Assembly: GCA_046583315.1 (NCBI GenBank)
Contig: JAYGCN010000220.1
Span: 1 to 12,624, forward strand
DNA: 12,624 nt
Reading direction: 5' to 3'
From: Candidatus Hydrogenedentota bacterium
GTDB taxonomy: Bacteria > Hydrogenedentota > Hydrogenedentia > Hydrogenedentales > GCA-2746185
Below, in pieces: positions 7,860-12,624 of this stretch. Positions within the stretch are counted from its first letter, which is position 1. Each line of letters opens with the position of its first letter. The translations under genes and the position numbers were made by a program. The notes beneath the pieces were generated by a model. The model did not search any database. It had not been told where the DNA came from and was given only the letters and a program-made list of their open reading frames with translations.

Positions 7860-8981
7860 ATGAGTGACAAACGACGACGATTGAAGGTGTTTGCGACGGC
7901 GGGAGTGTTGTACTCTCTGCTGACAGCGTGCGCGACTTGGCAATCCTTCGTACGCGAAGTCAAGCGTGCTCCCGAGCCCAATCGGGGTGTAATCGCCAAC
8001 CACGACATTCACGCGGCTGACGGACTGGATTGTTCGGATTGCCACACCGTTTCCACTGGTGAACGGGTGTCAATTGTCGACCACGACATCTGTTCGGTGT
8101 GCCACGATATTCCTGACAACAGTCTGACGTCCCCGCTCACGTATGTTGACGACGTATCCTGCAAAATGTGTCACACACGCGATGATTATTCCATTACGCC
8201 TCGGCGAAATTTCATCACCGATGAGATACGATTCGATCATCAGGTACATGTTACGGCGAAGGTCTCGTGCACGGAATGTCATGAGAGTCCAGATCGACCA
8301 CGCACGTACGACGATATGCTCATGACACAGTGTATGAATTGTCATGAACAAACCAGTCATGCGTTCTCAAGTATTGCGAAGACGACTGCAAAAGCAGAAG
8401 ATTTCCACGGAAATGAGTGTACCGTATGCCATCGCGAGCTAACCAAAGAGACGATTCCTGAATATCGTCACGGCCAGCGTATCGCCCATGATTCAACTCT
8501 CGCGTGGAAAAAATTGCACGGACATGAATCATATGTGGATGCCACATATTGCGCTCAATGTCATGTCGAAGAAGAAGACTGTATGACCTGCCATCGCATT
8601 ATGAAACCAGATAATCACACCTTGGCGTGGAATCGAAGACTACATGGGGTTCACGCTGGCTGGGATAGCCAGAGCTGTAGCGTATGTCACGAAGAAGATT
8701 CATGCATGAAATGCCACAGTCACACAGAGCCCGTGTCACACACCGGTAATTTCGGCGCTCCCCGAAACAATCACTGTGTTCAATGCCATTTTCCGGCCGA
8801 AACCGAAATCGGCTGCGCTGTATGCCACGAAAGTATCGACCATCGCTCGGCTCCAACTACTCCCCACGATGACGATCTCAATTTTCCGGGCAACTGCGCC
8901 CTATGCCATCCTGGTGGGATACCGGGCGCGGTGCCACATCGTAACAACCTATCCACAGACTGCCGTACATGTCATCAATAG
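7860..8981 (+). CDS. 14-heme c-type cytochrome lipoprotein (two c7/c3-like triheme modules plus paired-CxxCH repeats)
   Basis: 373 aa with 14 CxxCH motifs counted (CSDCH, CSVCH, CKMCH, CTECH, CMNCH, CTVCH, CAQCH, CMTCH, CSVCH, CMKCH, CVQCH, CAVCH, CALCH, CRTCH). Basic N-region plus lipobox LTA-C (Cys24). GAGG at 7846-7849; start is 21 bp after the porin stop. Confidence 0.92.
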   Translation: MSDKRRRLKVFATAGVLYSLLTACATWQSFVREVKRAPEPNRGVIANHDIHAADGLDCSDCHTVSTGERVSIVDHDICSVCHDIPDNSLTSPLTYVDDVSCKMCHTRDDYSITPRRNFITDEIRFDHQVHVTAKVSCTECHESPDRPRTYDDMLMTQCMNCHEQTSHAFSSIAKTTAKAEDFHGNECTVCHRELTKETIPEYRHGQRIAHDSTLAWKKLHGHESYVDATYCAQCHVEEEDCMTCHRIMKPDNHTLAWNRRLHGVHAGWDSQSCSVCHEEDSCMKCHSHTEPVSHTGNFGAPRNNHCVQCHFPAETEIGCAVCHESIDHRSAPTTPHDDDLNFPGNCALCHPGGIPGAVPHRNNLSTDCRTCHQ

Positions 8982-9034
8982 CGGTGGCTATCTCGTAGCG
9001 GGCGGTACCCTGTCACGAATCGCCTAGGTGGACT

Positions 9035-10948
9035 CTAGGGTCCGGCGACGCCAATGCGAACAGTACCGCCTTCGGCAACAAGCGTGACATCCTGGTCTAT
9101 CGTAACAATAGCGCTGCTATCCTCGCTGAGAATTCGCAACGAGCCACCGGCTTGCACACCGGCCAGCCCGCCTTCAATCGTCGAGAAGGGTTCAGCAACT
9201 GTTCCGAACTCAGGACCGGACCACATAAAGTTATGAGTAACGTCATCGGCAATTTCACTGCCGGTACCGTCTCCGTCCCCGTCCAGGAAATTCCCTTCGA
9301 TATCTTTAATGCCGAAGAAGCCGTGAAGAAGAAGATCGTGACTCACCGCCGTAGGAGTCGTCAAGTCCACCCACGCGTTGGTGGGCTTCGGATCGAGATA
9401 CGCTGGATCATAATCGACGACAAGGGTATTCCCGGCTACGACAAGAGAGAACGGCGCTACGACACGCCCGCCTGGGCCAACGATCTGGAAGGCCGAAGGA
9501 TAATGCGGATCAGCCATATCCTCGTCGAATTCGACCAGTAGCGCCAACGACGAAGGTCCTGCAATTTCATCGGTTTGAACGTACTGAGGCGGCGTCGAGT
9601 CACGTGGCGTTGGAACGCCCTCCGAGTCCGTTGTTAAGGACAAGCCGAGAGTCAACATCTCATCGTTGCTCGCGAGGCCGCCGATAACATTACTTAGGGT
9701 CGTGTTTGTGTAAGTACCCTGGACGTGAAGAGTCGAACCGGCCGATAGTGCAATCGGTTGCTTAAAGTTGTAGCTCAATTGCCAGTCAAAGTCCCACTTG
9801 TCCAAATCAATAATAGGAATGTCGGGGCCACCACCCGGCAGTGTAGCAGTCACGTTAAATTGGTCGCCGATGAGGTGCATGTGGGGGAACACCGACACCA
9901 GATGAATGTCTTCACCGATGGGAACGGACATGTAATACGTATTGGTCTCACTAGGCCACATCGGACCATACCCACCGTCCCGGGTCGCTGCCGGACCCGC
10001 GATAGCTGGGACTGATATACCGGGGAAATCTGTCGGGAGCTGGTTGATGACCAGTAGAAGCTCTGGGTCATACGGATCGGGTGCCAAAACCAGGCCGACC
10101 GACGTTTGATCCGTCTCGGGGGTCGCGCCGAAGTTATGATAATGCATCTGGTTAATAATTACTTTGTCGGGTGGGAGGGGAATACCCAGTTTATCGTTGA
10201 GTAGGGCTACGGAATTGGAACCGGGCGCCCATCCCTGCAAGACTGTGGCGCCGGATATTCCGCTGCCTCCGAAACAGTCATAGCCATCGTTGGGGATCAT
10301 GGGTGTCACCGTGTCTGCGGCCTGGGCGGCCAGTGCGGCCGCCCCGTCGGCGATATACACGACGGCGTGATGCGCGATTTCGAGGTTACTCGGCTTCACT
10401 TCAAAGCCGATGATCACTTCGTAATTGTCCAGAGAACCCGCCACTTGCGGCTCCACGATAAAACATCGGTAGCGGTCAGCTCCGGGATCGTGGGTCCAGG
10501 CCACCGGCATCTCAAGGACAACATCGGGCGGACCTTGAAACCAGCCGTCATCAAATACAAGCGCGGGCGGCGCATCCGCCGGGTCGCCCTCCGGTGCGCC
10601 CGCGTCGACCCAAGTGGCAATCAGAACTATCTGTTCCTGCGTCAGCTCGCTATTTGGAAGAAATCCCTGGCCCGCGCCGTAGCCCTGCGTCTCTTCAGGC
10701 GACGCATTCCAGGGAGGCATGAGCCCCAGTTGAACGTAAGCCTTGATTGAGGCACCCGATGAGGCGACCGTGGCGTAATCCGCCCAATCTCCATTGCCGA
10801 TTCCACCGGAATGATGGCATTGAATACATTTCGATTGCATCAGGCGAATGATCTGGCCGTGATAGGTAGGCTCAGCTGCATAAGCGCCGCCTCCCAGAGT
10901 GACAAAACTAAGAACCAAAAATGAGGCGAAGCTGATACCGTGTTTCAT
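9035..10948 (-). CDS. Exported monoheme cytochrome c / copper type II (PHM/DBH-fold) monooxygenase fusion with Ig-like domain and C-terminal V.IG module
   Basis: 637 aa from ATG 10948 (AGGGAG upstream; signal peptide ending AYA-AE). PTY...I..L....CIQCH...GIG...MPPW...W...GAPEG cytochrome c domain; YRCF, AHHAVVY, QMHYHN, FPHMH, WDFDWQLSY and DEM copper-monooxygenase motifs; DSTPP...LDGDGDGTG Ig-like domain. Confidence 0.9.
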   Translation of the reverse strand: MKHGISFASFLVLSFVTLGGGAYAAEPTYHGQIIRLMQSKCIQCHHSGGIGNGDWADYATVASSGASIKAYVQLGLMPPWNASPEETQGYGAGQGFLPNSELTQEQIVLIATWVDAGAPEGDPADAPPALVFDDGWFQGPPDVVLEMPVAWTHDPGADRYRCFIVEPQVAGSLDNYEVIIGFEVKPSNLEIAHHAVVYIADGAAALAAQAADTVTPMIPNDGYDCFGGSGISGATVLQGWAPGSNSVALLNDKLGIPLPPDKVIINQMHYHNFGATPETDQTSVGLVLAPDPYDPELLLVINQLPTDFPGISVPAIAGPAATRDGGYGPMWPSETNTYYMSVPIGEDIHLVSVFPHMHLIGDQFNVTATLPGGGPDIPIIDLDKWDFDWQLSYNFKQPIALSAGSTLHVQGTYTNTTLSNVIGGLASNDEMLTLGLSLTTDSEGVPTPRDSTPPQYVQTDEIAGPSSLALLVEFDEDMADPHYPSAFQIVGPGGRVVAPFSLVVAGNTLVVDYDPAYLDPKPTNAWVDLTTPTAVSHDLLLHGFFGIKDIEGNFLDGDGDGTGSEIADDVTHNFMWSGPEFGTVAEPFSTIEGGLAGVQAGGSLRILSEDSSAIVTIDQDVTLVAEGGTVRIGVAGP

Positions 10949-11092
10949 TTCTATCATTTCTCCCTGTTCGTTTTCTGCTGGTGACGGCGATGAGAGCCCT
11001 GTTACTGAAACGTGACACAACTGTTTTGCAGCACGAACAATCCCGATTTCCAGTATATAGGAAAGCATTGCCGATACGGTTTTCTCCTATTG

Positions 11093-11121
11093 ACAGTACC
11101 TTCAGCGTCACATTTTGTCAA
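11093..11121 (-). promoter_or_regulatory. Possible sigma70 promoter for the cytochrome c-monooxygenase gene
   Basis: Minus strand TTGACA (11121-11116), a 17-bp spacer, then TACTGT (11098-11093), about 145 bp upstream of ATG 10948. The -35 is perfect and the -10 is weak (TAnnnT only). Confidence 0.35.
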
Positions 11122-11261
11122 GAGAATAACTAATTCACAGGGTACTCACATTCAGTTTTTCGTGAAACTGTGTATCAGAATTATACGTAAGTGGTGATAC
11201 GATTAGGGTTAAAAGCACCGACGGTGTAAACGAGGGTGTTTCTAGTATAGCCGGCGACTTT

Positions 11262-11280
11262 TGTCAATATTGAATTGACA
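11262..11280. repeat. Inverted repeat TGTCAAT-N5-ATTGACA with overlapping palindrome TCAATATTGA; candidate operator
   Basis: Perfect 7-5-7 dyad at 11262-11280 and a perfect 10-bp palindrome at 11264-11273, within the 692-bp AT-richer intergenic region. Confidence 0.45.
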
Positions 11281-11640
11281 CGCCGTTTTAGACTTTTGGC
11301 CAAACTTGAGTTTTGCTCACAACACAACCGAACTCGTCTCAAAAATCAATTTATACGCTTAGTTCCATGTGTTTTCGGCGTTAGGCTGAGTTTTTTGACC
11401 CTCCGCGCATTTCATGATGATATTGAACATAACTAGTTCTGAAAATGGCGTGCGAGAAACTGAAAAGCAAGGAAACGAGGTGAGAATTGGTTCGTAACGT
11501 TTCTTAACACCGCCATCACTTTTCCATTTCGGCCTGTGCGTTTGGTTCCGTGCATGATTCGGCCCGTTGGCCCTGGGCGTGTTGCCCACCGGCGGGAGTT
11601 CAGCGCATCAACATAGACAGCCAAAATCGATCACGCTGAG

Positions 11641-12624
11641 CTACTCGCTAACACCGATGGCGACCGTGCCAACTCCAGGGTTTGAGTTGCCAAGTGTAAG
11701 TGGCTTCGAAATGATGAGGGGGCTCTCAATCGTGTTGTAGGAACCGGGTGCGAGATTGATCGTGAAGCCATTGTCTGCTGCGGTGATAGCCTCGTCGATG
11801 CCTTTCAGCGGTGCTTCGGGCGTTCCGAGACCGGGCACCGTCGCTGCATCGTCAACGTGGATTGGCGAGACGAAAGGGAGCGGCACGGTATCAACAAACA
11901 CCGGCGTGTGATCGCTGAACGTGGCTTCAAATTCGGCGTCGGATTCGCCATAGTGGGAAGGACGGATGACAAAAGCCAGTGCGGTGGATATACTCAAATA
12001 GGCATCGTTTGTCGCGTATATGTGATCCAATTCAGCGCCGAAACCCACGGCAGTCGTCTTTGTCGTGTTCTCTTTGGCGATATAATTTAGTGGAGTATTT
12101 GCCAAAAGTTCGTCGTGGGGAGATCCTGAATTGGGGTGGGCATTGAAGTCTCCCACTAAATAAATGGAGGGCGTGAAGGTGAGATCGGCATAGCGTTCAT
12201 CGATGTACTGCTTTAACGCGGCACCCGCGTAGGCGCGTATGAATTCGTTACTGCTCCCGAAGTAGAAATGGGTGGATATCAGACAGAAGGGCTGAGACTT
12301 GCCGTCAACCGCCCGGAAAATCGCGAGTTCCGGAAGACTACTTTCGTGTCCAAAGGGCGCGCCATTGGGGCCGAATTCCGTTTGCCAATTTGGGAAATCG
12401 TCGTAGAAGGAACTGTACGGTGGATAACGAAGTTGTTCGAGCGTGACGTACTCCAGCAGCTCCACTTTGGTGGAGTCATAAATAAATCCGTTGTTCCAAT
12501 CTCCAATAGCAGTCTGCCAGCCCAGCGCGCTCACCACAGTGTCCAGAGCAGGGCGGGATCTTGGAAGGACTTGAGCACTCTCGTAGGTAATTTCCTGAAT
12601 GGCGACAACGGCCGGGTCAAAAGT
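11641..12624 (-). CDS. Endonuclease/exonuclease/phosphatase (EEP, DNase I-like) family protein with C-terminal V.IG module; 5'-partial
   Basis: The frame is open to the window edge (TFDPAVVAIQEITYE...LDTVVSALGW). EEP catalytic motifs AIQE, ISTH, VGDFNA, LDHIY and FSDHTPVF are all present. Confidence 0.9.
   Translation of the reverse strand, partial: TFDPAVVAIQEITYESAQVLPRSRPALDTVVSALGWQTAIGDWNNGFIYDSTKVELLEYVTLEQLRYPPYSSFYDDFPNWQTEFGPNGAPFGHESSLPELAIFRAVDGKSQPFCLISTHFYFGSSNEFIRAYAGAALKQYIDERYADLTFTPSIYLVGDFNAHPNSGSPHDELLANTPLNYIAKENTTKTTAVGFGAELDHIYATNDAYLSISTALAFVIRPSHYGESDAEFEATFSDHTPVFVDTVPLPFVSPIHVDDAATVPGLGTPEAPLKGIDEAITAADNGFTINLAPGSYNTIESPLIISKPLTLGNSNPGVGTVAIGVSE

Noticed and set aside
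7860..7895. Tat signal (KRRRLK) on the 14-heme protein
   Set aside because: It is a poor match to S/T-R-R-x-F-L-K, and c-type cytochromes are normally Sec-exported; it reads as a basic N-region of a lipoprotein signal.
6453..8981. Naming the porin mtrB and the 14-heme protein mtrA
   Set aside because: The porin is much shorter than MtrB, and the cytochrome has 14 hemes, a lipobox and c7-like spacing unlike MtrA/DmsE.
10949..11068. 40-aa extension of the monooxygenase ORF from TTG 11068
   Set aside because: The RBS-like AGGGAG and a clean signal peptide point to ATG 10948.
11359..11624. Two short overlapping minus-strand ORFs (76 and 63 aa), plus 11012-11197 (+)
   Set aside because: No recognisable motif, RBS or signal. 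They cannot be supported as genes or as monooxygenase precursor peptides, although a small protein cannot be strictly excluded.
187..12506. Numerous 60-160 aa alternate-frame and antisense ORFs
   Set aside because: They lie within well-supported CDSs and show Arg/Ser-rich shadow-frame composition with no motifs.
1..12624. CRISPR array, tRNA/rRNA, IS or integrase, frameshifted pseudogene
   Set aside because: I saw no regularly spaced repeats, RNA-gene signatures, transposase motifs or broken frames; the two partial genes are cut only by the window edges.

Overview
GC-moderate bacterial window with eight CDSs, all predicted to be exported, and no RNA genes, CRISPR arrays or mobile elements that I can see. 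The core is a porin-cytochrome operon on the + strand: an OmcA/MtrC-family decaheme lipoprotein, a ~460-aa outer-membrane beta-barrel, and a 14-heme lipoprotein that is not MtrA-like. Transcribed divergently from it are a tetraheme cytochrome c554-family gene and a multidomain type-1 copper (plastocyanin-like) protein. Two paralogous PHM/DBH-fold (copper type II) monooxygenase genes bracket this block in inverted orientation. One has an N-terminal CxxCH domain; the other is 5'-truncated by the window edge and ends in a CFI-box-CTERM tail. A 5'-truncated EEP/DNase I-like gene closes the window. There are 29 CxxCH motifs in total. Main observations: (1) a shared ~55-75 aa 'G(T/S)xxxPFxTI...V.IG' module on three unrelated exported proteins, occupying the same position as the CFI-box tail in the paralog pair, which suggests an export/anchoring tag; (2) an electron conduit co-located with reductant-dependent copper monooxygenases and a cupredoxin, which suggests (inference only) extracellular oxygenase chemistry fed by the conduit; (3) an MtrC variant with a distal His replaced by Asn and no domain-III disulfide. 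The domain repertoire is reminiscent of Ca. Hydrogenedentota or similar poorly studied diderms, but this cannot be confirmed from the window.
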